Below are positions 21,001-34,805 of a DNA stretch of 64,000 nucleotides, in pieces. The notes under the pieces are model-generated. The model was not told where the DNA came from and searched no databases. It saw only the letters and a list, made by a program, of their open reading frames with translations. The position numbers and the translations under genes were made by a program. The first letter of the stretch is position 1, and each line of letters begins with the position of its first letter. The DNA lies in contig NEEC01000004.1 of NCBI GenBank assembly GCA_002189035.1, forward strand, positions 2,046,001 to 2,110,000, in the 5' to 3' direction. Source of the stretch: Utricularia gibba. Taxonomy: Eukaryota > Plantae > Magnoliophyta.

Positions 21001-23316
21001 TCAGTCGAATTTTCTTCACACTAGAACTTACTGAAGGACCACAGATAAGAGCATGCCCAGGTAGTGGAAGATTATGGCTGCTCGACAAAATTCCAGAACT
21101 AGGAGACAATAACGCTCTTAACCCTGCAGTTTAACCAAAAGCGAACATGAAATGATTTGTTTCCAAAAACATGAATATCCATGTTCACATGCATCATGTT
21201 TCCTACTATCATTCATCACAAATCATCATTCATCAACTATAAACACATCAAATGAGGAAGTACCTACTGTAATTTATATCCAATGGAGCATTTCCCATCC
21301 AATCCAACGAAGAAATTGTGGAGCCAAGGCCGTCAAAAGCTAGCATTTCATATGGGGTTACAGAAGATAAAAGATCACCCAGTTGCAGCTTCCCAACTAA
21401 TATGTCTAAGGTTTTTGGTGAATTGTTGGCACCAACTAAATTGTCAAATGACAGCTCATAGGCAAAATCATCCGCACCATCCAAAGACTCCCATGAAAGT
21501 GACAAGATATAAAAAAGATCGACAGTGGATTCATCCATCTGGTTTTTGTTCTCAAGATGCATTTCACTTGATGTCCTTCTATATCCTGGAAGCCTCTGAT
21601 TTTTTACTTTCATGTGGAGCAGAGTTTTCCTTCCTAAGAGTAATGTATTTACATTTTCAAATGAATTTGAAGTAAAAATCCTAAGTTGGGCTGAACACCA
21701 TGCACGAAGAAGAAACGCTAAACAACATTGACAGCCAGCTTTACTGCATTCTTTTCCAGCCAACATAGTTGTCCCTTCTGTTCTCCCATGGAAAGAACTT
21801 GATGCAAGTGAAGCAATTAATTTCTCGTGCACCAACCAGTCAGTTATGCCAATTACAGTACTTAAGCTAGTGTCTTTGGGCACATTGTTTTCTTTAGTTC
21901 TCTCATGGCTATTTTTTTCATCTAAACTAGCAATCTGGATAGAGCTATTCTGTAAAATCCTGAAATTGTGAGGTGAAATTGATACATCGGTAATATCTCC
22001 CTTCATGATAACACTGTGTCCCTTCACATGCACCCCTGAAATTGCAGGCAGATTAAGCTATACACATAACTGGGCGATAATATCTACACACTCACAAAGA
22101 TCAGAAGAATTAAAACCAGGGGATTCTCAATAGCAGACTCATGAATAAAAGTATAACTTACATGAATGTAGCCTTGACCCCAAAAAGAGGCGCAGGCCTT
22201 GGGATATCATCACGTGCCCTCTTGCAACTAACTCAGAGAGAAATAGACAAACCATTAGTGTACTGCTGTCCTTTTTATCAGTGAGATAATCACTGACTGT
22301 TTTACTGCTCTTGCTATCTTTGGAGCACAACTTCGGAGAAATTGAAACAAATTGATGTGCGTCCAGTGAATATTTTTTAGCAGTCTCAGGATGAATCAGT
22401 ATACCAGAAGTGAACAATATATCCATTTTAAAACCCTTTTGCTCGTAATGATCGATGAAAGAAACATCTAAATCTTGAACACGTAATTGAGCATTTGCAA
22501 CTGCCTTAGAATTCATATATGATTCCTTGCGTTTCTTTGGTGCTACGGCAACTTCTGTTCCAGGAACCAGTAGTACTGGATGCAATTAAAAAATCAGAAT
22601 GAACACCAGGCTCATATCAACAACAAATCAGAAACATTGTGCACACTTTTACCTACTGATTTCTGGGGAAATACTGAGACAACGCGAAATGTGACAACCG
22701 TCTGCCCATGCAACCATAAAGGAAATGCCATTTGTTCATAGACAACACCGACCTGCAAAACATCAAGGCACACCCAGTGTATATAACCTCTTAAATAGTA
22801 TTCAAAAAATGAAAAAAACAAATAAGGATCTCAGGAAGAGAACACAATCATCAATTGACAGGATCAAGAGGATGACCTGCTTTAGAATGGCACTTTCTGC
22901 CACCTCAGAATTAAGCTCCAAAATCTCCCAATCATCTTCCGTAAGCGGCTCAATCGTCACAAGTGTCGCCTTGGGGACGTTGCTTATAACCCGCACCTTA
23001 ACCACCGAGCCATCGCTCAACCCAATGCTATCCGCATACTGAGCCGCTACCTACAATTCCATTCCAAAAAAAAAAAAAAAAAACTTGAAAATATAAGACG
23101 AAATGAAGCTGGGGATTGCAAGAAGAGCACCTCAATAACGGAGGCGGAGGACGATGCGGAACCGCACCAAGCCACGTGCCAAACGTGTGAATCCGAGCGA
23201 AGCTCGATTGCCAGAATAGGAGGAAGGTAACTCGAGTTGAGGGTCTGGATAAGAGGAAGAGGAAGAGAGACGAAGCAACTTTCCATTCCACCTGCTGTTT
23301 TCACCTCGAACTCCAT
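18099..23316 (-). CDS. PEX1: Peroxisome biogenesis AAA ATPase PEX1, multi-exon
   Basis: [37 protein letters not shown]1 Walker A GPSGSGKT, D2 GPPGCGKT, Walker [22 protein letters not shown]-terminus [15 protein letters not shown] (18099-18101). Confidence 0.95.
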
Positions 23317-23620
23317 TGGGTTCTCAAAGCCAATCCCTTAATATCCAGCACTCTGCAGCTGCATCCCCTTCCCTTCAAATTATCAGATTCCAAGTTATGA
23401 AGTGAAGATGAAGTGAAAAAAAAATCGCAACGTATTGTTGGAAAGCGTGATCGCCTGCCGGACAGTTATGGGCTGCAGTCCTAATTTGGGTTGGGCTGAT
23501 TTCATTCAGACCGCCCATCAACTCGCCGAATGAAGTGAAATGACTGAAATCGGTAGTGAAGCAGCTCAGTTAAAGAGGGAAGGGGTTATGCAATAACCTA
23601 ACTTCAAACGATCTGCAAAA
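23317..23620. promoter_or_regulatory. Shared bidirectional promoter of PEX1 and KELP
   Basis: Only 304 nt separate the divergent ATGs. Site II elements TGGGCT occur at 23469-23474 and 23492-23497; I saw no obvious TATA box. Confidence 0.6.
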
Positions 23621-24323
23621 ATGGATCCAGAAACTCGTAAAAAGATCGAAGAAACGGTGCTTGAAATTCTGAGGAATTCAGACTTGGAGGAAGCGACGGA
23701 GTACAACATCCGTAATTCGGCATCGGAGAAGCTGGAAATGGACCTCTCCGAGCCCACAACGAAGGCTTTTGTGAGAGAAGTGGTGGAGTCGTACCTCCGG
23801 GAACAACTCGACAAACAGAACGAGGAGCAACGAGAGGAAGACGAAGAGTCAGCGGCGGCGGAGGCTGAAGAACCTCAGAAAAGTAAGGATAAGACTGAGG
23901 AGTACGACGACGTCGGAGGACGCATCATCTGCCGCGTGAGTTCATTCCCCTTCCATCCACCGTTTCTGGGTTTCAATTTCTCCTAGATTTCATTTGCTAT
24001 TACTCGTGTTTCAAGTGGACTTCGCTGCTTTTGATCTTTTTTCAACAATTTGGAGCAGTTATCCGATAAGAGAATGGTGACGATATCTGAATTCAGAGGT
24101 AAAACTTCAGTATCCATCAGGGAGTACTACAAAAAGGATGGAAAAGAGCTTCCCGGAGCTAAAGGTACCATTGAATACTGAGCCAATTTCTGGGTAGTGT
24201 TTGAATGGACAATACTAACTGATACAACTTGCAGGTATAAATTTGAACCATGAGCAATGGGCATTGTTGAAAAAAAACCTTCCCCAAGTAGAAGAGGCGA
24301 TCCATAAAATGGAATCCAGGTAA
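23621..24323 (+). CDS. KELP: RNA polymerase II coactivator KELP (DEK-C plus PC4 domain), 3 exons
   Basis: [17 protein letters not shown], an acidic linker, then IICR|[36 protein letters not shown]|[31 protein letters not shown]. Confidence 0.92.
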
Positions 24324-25455
24324 TAGGTTAAAGATTTTGATGAATCATTGAAATGAAGTGGGTGAGAAAGATGCCACCTTTACTGTCGGCATAGACCATC
24401 TATGTAGTATACTGTGCGTGTAGTCCTCCAATATGGGTAGTTCCGTTTTGTTGGGAATCACCATATGTATGTACGTGCTCTGCTAAGCTCTAAAATGCAA
24501 GTTCAGTGCTTTTAGGGTCAATGACCTAAACACCAGTTTAGGGATGGGGAAGAGAGAAACCTTCAATTGATTGTTGTAGGTAAGTGATGTGCTGAAGCTA
24601 GTTGCTATTTCGTTTTTCAGATAGAATAGCACAACATAGACACAAGGAAAATGGGTACTACTATTACAATAGACAAAGTAGCTTCACTCTGATCGATCAA
24701 GGGACAAACCACGAACAGATTTGTTAAGCAGAAGCCATCGTCTTTGTTGCTGTTCAATGAAAATTCTCAGTTCAAACCAAACAATGAACAGGTTTTTCTT
24801 GAGGAGGAAAACTCCTCAGTTCAAAGAAAGATGGAAATATATTTCCTTTTAGGATCAGCTCTCAAAAAACAGGAGGCATTATCGGTGCTCTCACTCGGTG
24901 TCCAGGATTCTGTCATCTTAGTACAGGTTGTCTGCTGGTGAACTCCTCGTGTAGAGTTTGAAACCCCCCCCCCCCCCATTCATTTCATCAGCATTTAGTG
25001 GAGATCACTAGCTCTGTAAAAGAACAGGTAGAATTGAAGATTCAAGAAGCAGAGAAACTCGTGGGTGTTGAAGCTGGTGAGTTCTCACCCAGATCATCGG
25101 TTTTTCTCACATTCATTCATTTTGATTGGTATAGCAGAAACGCATCCTTTTGCCTATTGGGTCTTCAATCACTTATGTGGTTGTGCGTTGACTTGAATAT
25201 AATTTGCAGGGTATGCTTGGAATAGTTAATCGATGGCAGTGCCGATCATGCGTTGTTTGCACAAAGTTAATTCATGTCCAAGACAAGTGACAGGCACGGC
25301 GTTAGGCAGGGAATGATACCATTCCGAGCCACCGTCCGACAAGAAAGGAATTGGGGTTGCAGAACCAAATTGGCATGTGCTACTAGCATACCATATCAGT
25401 GCAAAGTAAAATCATCATCAAGAAGCGATATAGCGACAACCTACCGAATACTAGA

Positions 25456-26680
25456 CTAGACATGCTGTGGTAGTTGCAGTGTCCCGTTCGGCCTCTCTTG
25501 AAGGGGTTTCCGGTTGGGCTCGCCTGCCCATACGGCTGTCGAGTCTTCACTCGGCCCTTTGTTCTTGTGGTAGATGGAGTATAGTATCAGCTGTACCGCT
25601 CCTAATCCGCACCCGAAACCGTTGGGGATCTGCGAAAAATCGAATCAGTCACATGGGATTGATGATGCTATGCGGCCACTGATGGTCTTGAGTTTTGCGG
25701 TCTCTTACGGCTATAAATGGATCCCTCCCCAGGAGGCCATAGACAAACCATGATGTCCCGCACAGGAAGACGAACAATGACAGGAAGAAGGGCATGAACT
25801 CGACGCTTTTAGTTTTGATCACCAGCCTCTGCACTTTTTTGTCATAATAAAGGAGGCAACAGATGGATGGATGATGGAAGGATTTTCAAGGAAACTCACT
25901 ATGATTGTCAATGGAGAGCCATACATGATGATGGAGAACACGGTGGCTGCAACGCCACATAACAGAGTCCTACCGTGACCATGGAGAGCGAACAGGGAAA
26001 CAAACACGACTGCTGCAAAAACTGCGAGTACGAGAGAGAGCAGGCCGGTGATCTTGGCCTTCTCCTTCCTCGGGCAGAAGATAAGGAACACAATCACGTA
26101 GACAAATTCAATGATAGCACCTGCCCCGTTTATGGTTGACACTAGAATGTTGTTTGGTGACACGAAGGGCAAACCATACCTGTTTAAACACATGGAGAGA
26201 CATATTCATAAAAAATTGCTCGGTCTTCTTGTAGCCGGAGTTACATCAAACACCAAAAAACATGGAGGAAAAATTGAGAAATCTCACCATGCAGAAAGCA
26301 GGCAGTTGAGCAAAGTCATCACGTACGGGATTCCAGAGAATTGCTCTGTTGAACGGCTCTTCACAATCCTCTTAAACGTAATCCTGCAGTCAATTTAGTG
26401 ACAAGATATCCGATTCAAGGTCGCAAATAACACGGAGACAACTACACCGACGGAGTTGCGGAAACGCGAACGAACATGCAACTCAGAAATTAGCACCGCA
26501 AAACACGGTCTGAGAAATGCGAGTACTCACAGTGGTACCAAGAAGAGAAACAAACCAGAAGCGTTCCCTGCGCGAAGATAATCAGAACTCCGAGTAGAAG
26601 AAATCGAATCGAAAAGAGAGGAGAAATGCAGGCAAGCGCTCACCAAAAACACCGAACACAAAAGATGCAGCGCTTCTCAT
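25456..26680 (-). CDS. SWEET1: Bidirectional sugar transporter SWEET1 (clade I), 6 exons
   Basis: [13 protein letters not shown]|[12 protein letters not shown]|[83 protein letters not shown]; TAG at 25456-25458. Confidence 0.93.
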
Positions 26681-26771
26681 GGCTGGTGGTGACTCCAACT
26701 GGCAATCAAGAAAGCTCTGGAGTAGCAGAGTAGTTAAAGCGAGGTGAGGCCATGAATGAATGCGCGTAGGG

Positions 26772-26779
26772 TATATATA
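26772..26779 (-). promoter_or_regulatory. TATA box of SWEET1
   Basis: CTCTATATATACCC on the minus strand, about 92 nt upstream of the ATG. Confidence 0.6.
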
Positions 26780-27637
26780 GAGAAAAAAACGGAGAAGGAA
26801 GGGGAAGGCGGAGGTCGACGTCAACAAATGGCAACATGAGCAGCACAAGTTCTTGTGGTTTTTTCACCCAACAGCTAGCCGTCCTTTAGAAGGGTACAGT
26901 GACCCTTCGGATAAGTACCATTGAGTTTGTTAAAGATATTTCAATGTAGAAATTTCTATTGCTTTATCTTATAGTTTGGGAATATAATTTTTCATGAATA
27001 TTCAATTTTTTAATATCTTTTTTTAAATGTTATTTGTGTCTTGATTTACTCTCACAATTGAGAATGAAAATATGATTATTTTATTATATAATATTATTTA
27101 TTTTAAATATCCAACTTTCATAATCTTACATTCTTCTTTTAAAAAACAGTTTTATGTAAAATTAAAAAAATTCTTCGACTTACCCATATCTCATCCCTTG
27201 TTTATAAGTAATATGAAATACTATTACAATACCTCTATACTTAGTTTTCTTGTTAAAACATCTTTACTCATTTTTATTTCAGGAAATGAGATAAATATTT
27301 TTGAAAATAAGTAAACTTGTTTTTTTATTTTTTCAGGAATCAGAAATAATTAGATCATATTTCCTTTGGTAAACTATTTAAAATGTACTTTAGAATTTTT
27401 ATTTTAATATTATAATTTTTGGAATTAAATACAAAGTCAAAAAAAATTAATAAAAAAAACTCAATAACTTAATTTATGGAAATACTATATCAACATTTCC
27501 AGAAATTGATAAACATGTTTTTAGTGAGAAAAGGCAACATGCAAAAAGGAGAAATTTGATATTTAAATATCAATATTTTTTTCTTACTTCTTTGATTCAT
27601 TTATTATTCTAACCATTTATTCAACCATCTTCCAAAG

Positions 27638-28000
27638 TGTGATATGCAACCCCCTTTTTCGAAAAGTATCATACCTTCAAAATTATTCAGCTATTAGTCT
27701 CATTATGAGGCTTCTATCTTACTAATGCTCATCATTGAAGAGTTCTACCAGATTTCATGGGGGCACAACTCTTATTAGATGTATTTCTTGTTGGACATAC
27801 CTCTTATCAGACATACTCCCTATCGAGTATGCTTCTTATCGAGCATGAAGGCCTGATGATTTCCTTTCTGTGTAGAATTATTGCTTTTTAGGAGTTTTCA
27901 GATATGCACATCCCCTTGCCATGTAGTCTCATCCCGTGGGGGACTTATCACACATGATTCACATTAGGTGTATCCATTGTTGGGCATTATGGGCTTCTTA
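27638..28000. mobile_element. Degenerate LTR-like remnant (Tat/Ogre-like)
   Basis: GC-richer island in AT-rich DNA, starting TGTGATATGCAACCCCC, with short TCTTATC(G)AG repeats. No TSD or second end found. Confidence 0.3.
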
Positions 28001-29557
28001 CGTATTTTCAATATGTAATTCAAATTATGTAGAATAAAATTAATTTTAAAATTATGTGAATAGAATTAGTTTAATTTTATAAAATTTAATAAAATAAATT
28101 ATATATTGTAAAATTTAATATATTAAATTATTATATAATTTAATATTATGATATAAACATATTTATAAAATAAATAAAATTGAATAATATAAGTTTTTAA
28201 TTTAATCTCTTATTTAATTATTAAAATAGAAATTAAAAAAATTTAATACTATTTAAATTTAATCACTAAATTTAAATTTTTGATTTTATTAAATAAAAAT
28301 TAAAAATTAGAATCCTTAAAAAATAAACAAAATTATTTTAGAAGATTATGCTTACATAATATACTCTATTTATTGACGCTCTCATTTATGCCCTAACATA
28401 TTATCTTTAATAAAGTCAAATAATAAATTAAATATGTTGAATATTGTTTAATATAACAAATAATATTTACATATAGTAGTTTCTAAACATTGTGTGTGAA
28501 TTCATAAATTGTTGGTTTCTCACTTTAGCACATAGTCCAAACCATGAGTTGTCAATATTCGAATTTCCGATTTTTCATGAGAAATATACTATTAACATTC
28601 AATTCATTGACCCTTTTCCAAAGCATTTGGCTTGTTAAAAATACTCCACTTGGGCTCTAATCTCTCTCATTATTGTTATTTTTAATGACCAAGTGCGTAG
28701 ATTTACTACCTTTTACACAACAAAAAGAAAATCCCGATGCATTTCGGAAAAACCGCAAAGTGGGCGGATGCATCGACACGTGGCATCATGCATGTGCGGA
28801 AAGGTGACGAAGGCAACGGAACACGTTCCACTTGGGAAAGTCGTGAGCGTTTCTCTAACGCCGTGTAATCACATCGGAGTGATTGCAAACTTCCCCAAGG
28901 ATTCATTTCTTTTTTAAATTAATTTTCCGTTCGAAAATAAGGGCAAGAAATCGATCAGAGAACCAACATGTGAGGGATCTGGGATCCTATTAAATCACAT
29001 GTTCGAATTTCAGAAAATTGGGGTTTGATCGAGAGGAAAATAACAAAATTTCGGAAATTTTGACGAAAATTAAGAACATTGGTTACGTGATGTGTTAGTC
29101 AAAATGTTTAAAACACTAAAAACACGCCTTGGGTCGAAAGAAGAACCATCCCAAAGGTGCATCCAACTGCTGCTGATATGTGTTGGCTACTGGAGTCACA
29201 TGACAGGTAGATAGGTTCATTGCATGTGCATTCAAGGGGCGTGAGTGTGGTCGCACGGCCTTCCTCGCGAGTGAGTGAATGCAGGCACGGAAATTTCTAA
29301 GCACTCGACGGCCCACGCCCTTGTTAAATGTGGCATGGAATATTGACGAAAAAAGTAAGGTTGTTGCTCGGGATCAATTATCTTGGGCTTAAGGCAAACT
29401 TTGTCAGTCATGATGGGTGTGGAGTATTGGCTTGTCAGAGGTTGGATGATGGCTCATCCCAATTAGGTGGTGATCTATGCGCTCCATGTGATCGGATTCT
29501 TCTTCCTCTGAAGGAAGCCAGCCTTTCAACTACAGCTGGAGAATGAAATCAGTTCTT

Positions 29558-29750
29558 GTAATTATAAACTACTTTATAATTCATTCACAGTAATTATAAA
29601 CTACTTTAATATTTTCATATTTTCAATTCCCCAATTTTCAATTTTCATAAAAGAATGAAATCTTTTCATATTTTCAATTCCCCAATTTTTTCCATCACCT
29701 TTTTTAAAAGTATAATCTTTTCCACAGTAATTATAAACTACTTTATTAGC
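29558..29750. repeat. Local shuffled direct repeats
   Basis: TAATTATAAACTACTTTA occurs three times and TTTTCATATTTTCAATTCCCCAATTTT twice within about 200 bp. Confidence 0.7.
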
Positions 29751-29929
29751 CACAAATTCATTCAGATGAAAGTGATTCCATCAAATAGATTTTCTACTAT
29801 TGGATTTACTACCTAAAACATCACATGAATTGAGCCTAAGTCTTTAGTCTCAAGATCTATTGACATGTTCTTATTAGACTCTAACTCATGGTCATCATTC
29901 ATTTCAATATGTAAATTTTAAATATTACA

Positions 29930-30090
29930 AATCAACCCATTAATATATAGGTTGGACCCTACGAGTCACAAATTTATTTTAGTTTGCCCAACCCTAAAAC
30001 CTATAAATAATGGGTTCTACCCACGAGTGAGCCCATTACTAGCAGGTTAGGCTGGGTCTATAGGTTGGGTTGGCCCATGCCCACCCTTAG
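29930..30090. mobile_element. Possible hAT-derived MITE end
   Basis: ACCCA/TGGGT-rich subterminal motifs ending GCCCATGCCCACCCTTA, resembling a TAGGGGTGGGCA-type TIR. The partner end was not found. Confidence 0.3.
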
Positions 30091-30779
30091 TTATAATTTT
30101 CACAAAATAAAAATTTAAAAAACTTGTATTGTGGATTTTGGAGTTGATCATAAAGAGTACATATTTGCTATGTGTTTTATTAGATGCAAAATTACAGAAT
30201 AAATTCTACTCTTAATCCAAAGTTAGATTAACAATGATATGCAAGTTCAATAAGTTAAATCAAATCTCAATGTTGAAAATAACAAATATAGGTTCTAAGC
30301 ATAAAATAAAATTAAAATGCCTCAAGGTGTTTAAGGTGATGTGGTGTTCAAGTTTGTAATTTATTTTGCAATGTATCTATATGTATACTCTAAATAACCT
30401 AAGTCTAATTAGATTGTTTCTCATGTTTTCGACCAAGTCGATTTCTAATGTTATTACCTATTTCACACTTAGTTCCACGCATATGCAAAATATGTAAAAC
30501 GAAATCTATTCGATTCTACTAGTTTGAATAAGGACTAATACCTACTATCTCTAATTCATTGTTCTATTTCTAAATTAAGCTTTTGAACTACAATGCTGTT
30601 TGTTTTTCCCCCTTAGGTATATTCTAGAGATGTTTAAAATGAAAGCTAATGTATATAATGTTAGATCATCTTATAAACACTAAACCATATCACATTCTCA
30701 CACCTTAAGACATCCCTAAATTTAGCCACATAATGAAAAATAGAATCATTACTTCATGAACTAAAAATAGAAGTATGTT

Positions 30780-31895
30780 TGATAACATCTAGTTTTGAGC
30801 ATTTTAGGATTAGAAAATGATTAATATTATATCATAAAATTAGGGTTTTATTAAGTATTTATGTATTTTCGTGATTAGTAATATAGTTTACGTTTTTTAT
30901 TCCAGATTGGAGCTAAATCTTTGACTTAGCCCCATTTTTTATTTTAACCATTTTCTTTGAGCAATGCAACATATTTTCAGCAATGCAATTCTCAATGAGC
31001 CGAAAGTGTTCAGTGAAGATAGTAGGAAATGAGGACAAAAGAGAGAAAAGAGATGCAACAAATTCCAAAATGATGGAAAAGAAGATTTTTGAAAATAATA
31101 AAGAAAGAGAAGGAGGAGTTATCACTTTGAACAGTATGCAACACATTCTGAAGAACAGGTTTTGGAGGAAGAAAAATCGTAGAATCCAGAAGAACAAAGG
31201 AGATGAACATAGGAACTCAACTCAAATTTGAAGATTTCTTCAACAAGAACACTACTCTGAGTTGAGAATAGATCAAAAGCACTATTTTAGCATTTTACTT
31301 TAAACTATTTTGATTTCATGGTATTGTTTACTTTCCCTTTATTATGAGTAGCTAAACATGCGTGATGCCATGAAGAAAAGGGTGTGTGCATAATTATTGC
31401 TCATTAGACAACATTTGCTCGGTACTCACACTAACTCTTTATTAAATCAGGATAGATCTAGAAAGGGGAAATAAAACAAATCTAATCAGAGGTAGACTAT
31501 AGTTTGAAAAAACAAGAGTTTAGGTAGACTTGAAGTCTTCATTTTTTAAATAAATAATTATTGGGTTAGATGGGATAAGTGTAGTAGTGATAATGTCATT
31601 CTTAAAAGCTTCAAGACATTGCTTTATCTTATCCTATTTATTAGTCAAATTTACCTATTATTGCTTTGTTGTATTTTATCATAGACTTGAATCGGTCTTA
31701 GCTTAGACTTAATCTTCAAACGTGATAAAAACAGAATGCATTACTTTTTACATAGCAAGTGCATGACTTTTTGTGTTTAATCCTAATCCACTATGCTCGT
31801 TAGTTATTCTATGATTGAGTGTGCATTAAGTTTATAAATTTATTTGATAGGAGAATTTGCATTTTTAACGATGTTTGCGAATTTTTCATTTATCA
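30780..31895 (+). mobile_element. Solo LTR (Ty3/gypsy, Athila-like), 1116 bp
   Basis: Starts TGATAAC and ends TTTATCA, flanked by a perfect 5-bp TSD ATGTT (30775-30779 and 31896-31900). Confidence 0.85.
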
Positions 31896-32485
31896 ATGTT
31901 GATGGTTACAAATTCAAAAGTAGAACAATAAACATAAAACATTCACAATGCATAAAAAAAGTCAAGTTTAGTTATGGATTCTTCGTTTCTACTATTTCCT
32001 ACTCGAAACAATAGCAAGAACTAGGTTTAGTGTTGGAAGAATTCCAGACTAAAATCTCCTTCTCAATCCTCACTTTCCTCTTCTTGGGTCAAGTTTTTTT
32101 CTTCTTGTTGTTTTTTGTCTTTTTCAAAAAATATCTTCCTCTCTCTTTTTATCTTTTTTCAATACAAGTACTATTTCCTATTTTTTTTTGACCTGAATCT
32201 ATAGATTACGAGCGAGTGAATATCAATCATATCCCCTCCTTATGTCTTATGTGTTTGTCTTTACGTCCTTTTGATCACAACCATTGATCACATACATACA
32301 TCAATCCTAACAATACGACATATGCCAAATTAGACATTCTTTATCATTGATTAGAAAGCTAAAGGTTTGTGAATAATTGATTAGGGAAGTTTCCAAAATT
32401 CCATGTTTCTTAGTAGAGTATCATAGCTTTAAAAATTCTTTTTTAATTTTTTTACTTTTTTCCTCTTCATCCCCATCCCTTTTTC

Positions 32486-32870
32486 ATGACATCAAATGAT
32501 TTGCTCAACTCATCTTCACTGGGTATAAATCATTTGAACAGAAAAAACTATGTTCCTTGGTTGAAAACAATTTGTTATGCTCTAGTTGGATATGATTTTC
32601 TCAATCATATTGATGGATCTAAAGAATTGCCTCTTCTTCTATATGATAAAGATGTTGTATTTACTCTTGTTCTACAGCCTTCAAAATGGTGCATAAATAG
32701 TAGAAAAAGAATTTTCTTGTTATGACCTATATTTCTCAATTCTATGGAGAAAAATCTGGCCAAGCTTTTTGTTCATGAATTCTCTGCTCATGAATTGTGC
32801 ATTGAAGTGATCATGAATTTCTGACTCTCTTAAGTCCAAAATCTTTCACACTATGCTAGTCTTTGCACCC
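32486..32870 (+). mobile_element. Ty1/copia gag N-terminal fragment
   Basis: LNRKNYVPWLKTICYALVGYDFLNHIDGS matches the copia gag start (L.G.NY..W...L.....L.G.IDG); degenerate afterwards. Confidence 0.65.
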
Positions 32871-33004
32871 GTACACCCGTGCTCATTTAGCAATTCTGGT
32901 TAAAAAATAATCATGAAAATTCAAACACTTTTCAATCCATCCATGGGGTAGATCTCCAAAGGTGTAGAGCATGTAGCATTTGAACCATCCCCAACTGGTA
33001 AATC

Positions 33005-33245
33005 AAATACTAGATCTGACTAAATGCCATCCTACCTCTACATTCTTGATAGTCCATCCTTGCCTAAGTAGAGTCTTTGAGTGACATGTGTTGGTCCTCT
33101 TCCTCATTAGAAAAGGTGAGCCATTGATTCAAGTACTAGATACTATCATTACTACTTGGACAATTAGATATCCAAACAGTAATCACAATGACCCAATCGC
33201 AAGAGCAGAGCTCTACCAATTGAGCTATATCTCCGGAAGCTAAGT
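33005..33245 (-). pseudogene. trnA-UGC: NUPT: plastid trnA-UGC exon 1 plus 5' part of its group II intron (decayed)
   Basis: Minus strand GGAGATATAGCTCAATTGGTAGAGCTCTGCTCTTGCGA|TTGGGTCATTGTGATTAC..CAGATCTAGTAT follows the plastid trnA exon 1 and intron as I recall them, with mostly C>T and G>A changes. Confidence 0.88.
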
Positions 33246-34805
33246 CGGGCCACAGAGCCTATTTGATCTCTAGTAATTCACATGTTGAGGCAATTTTGTC
33301 CCCATTTTTGAAGTGGTACAAATTTAATCCTCATTAAGTGAATGTGGTTTAAGGGGCATCCTTCGACATTAAGTGCCATTTGGCTCCGTTAAATCAAAGG
33401 CTAAATGTGTAATTTGATAAATTTAGCCGCAAAAATCATACATTCCATTTTCAGAAATACATTTTCTAATTTTCTTTCATCCCTTCTGTGCCTATGTCAA
33501 TTGCGACTAGGAAAGGTGATGAACATCTCTGCAATTGCACAGATAAGCATCCGTGATAATTGAAGTTCCATAGTTTTCGATATTAAGTGATTTAATTTAC
33601 ATTGGGTATTCTGATTTTGTAAAAGTCGCTTGTGGGCAGGGTTGTGAAATGGGGTGGAAAATAGTGTTCTTGCCTCACAGTGGGTTCATGGTGTAAGACG
33701 GACCGCAAAACTACTGAGGAACAAGTCTGGAAGTGCTGCACGATGCCAAGGGTTTTGATTTATCAGTGGATATGTTGCTAAATTTGGTAAGACCTTTTGG
33801 GTTTACAATTCCTAGTCGTATGCATTTTTGAGTGAAGTATGAATGGAGGAATACAATGTGGATAACTATTTCTAATGAGGCTTATTGTGATATAGTTAGA
33901 AGGAAGTTTTTGGGATACTCTAGTATTTGTATTTTTTTGAAGTATTTCAACCATGATGTGATCGAAGGGGATTTGGATAGTAGATGTTACCAGCTTGAAC
34001 ATGATAATAATACTAGTCTCCAAGATATACCTTTGGATGATGGGATTAATAAAGATAGTAATAAGATAGCTCTTGAAGATGACTATTACATGTTATTTAA
34101 TATAGAGCTTGATCATGAGCAAGTTTCGCAACCAAATGAAGAACAATAGAACAATGCAAGTGAGGGAGATGAAGATGAACTACAAGTTAATGATCCTAAT
34201 TGTGCAGCTTCGGATGATGAAGTAGATGTAAACGTGGGTGATGGTGATGGGGATATTCAGGAAAGTAGCTACAAACCAGTATATAATTCTAAGCATGGAT
34301 TTAAGTATGTTAAACTTAAGGAGGGACTTCATTTTTTTCGAAAAGCACATGCTCAAGAAGCTATTATTAGACACATAATTAAGAATGGAAAGGAGCTTCA
34401 ATGGAAAAACAATGATTCGATCTGTTTGAGGGTATGTAACTTCACGTTGCTTTATTTTCTTTTTTTTGTTGTATTTAATAACATTTTTTTCCATTTAGGC
34501 TATACAAGATTGCAGTTGGATAGTCTATGCTTTTAAGCTAAAGTATGGTAATGGATGGATAGTTATGAAGTTGATTAATCCTAACCATGTATCTTACTGT
34601 GAGAAGGTATTTTCCAATGGTAAAATCACTGCTTCATGGTTGGTTCAAAGGTTCATATAAAGGTTCCATGAAAATCCAAACCTGGATAATTTAAACAGGA
34701 AATTGTAGGTGTGCATAAGTTACAACCAAACACGGAAGGCTAGGCCAATGGTTCATGATCGTGTTAAAGCAACATATGTGGTGCAATTTAACAAGATAAT
34801 GGGTT

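Noticed and set aside
24744-25225. Short ORFs between KELP and SWEET1 (e.g. MEITSSVKEQVELKIQEAEK)
   Set aside because: Non-ATG starts, no motif, located in convergent 3' regions; I could not build a spliced model.
26706-26753. Possible SWEET1 uORF MASPRFNYSATPELS*
   Set aside because: Its ATG is only about 20 nt downstream of the TATA box, so it probably lies upstream of the TSS.
28690-29530. GC-richer island with G-box-like CACGTG motifs and short ORFs
   Set aside because: I could not find TIRs, a TSD or a coherent reading frame, so no element type can be supported.
33197-33234. trnA exon as a functional tRNA (likewise trnI exon 2 at 39125-39159)
   Set aside because: Only half of each tRNA is present, the introns are truncated group II plastid introns, and many stem positions are mutated.
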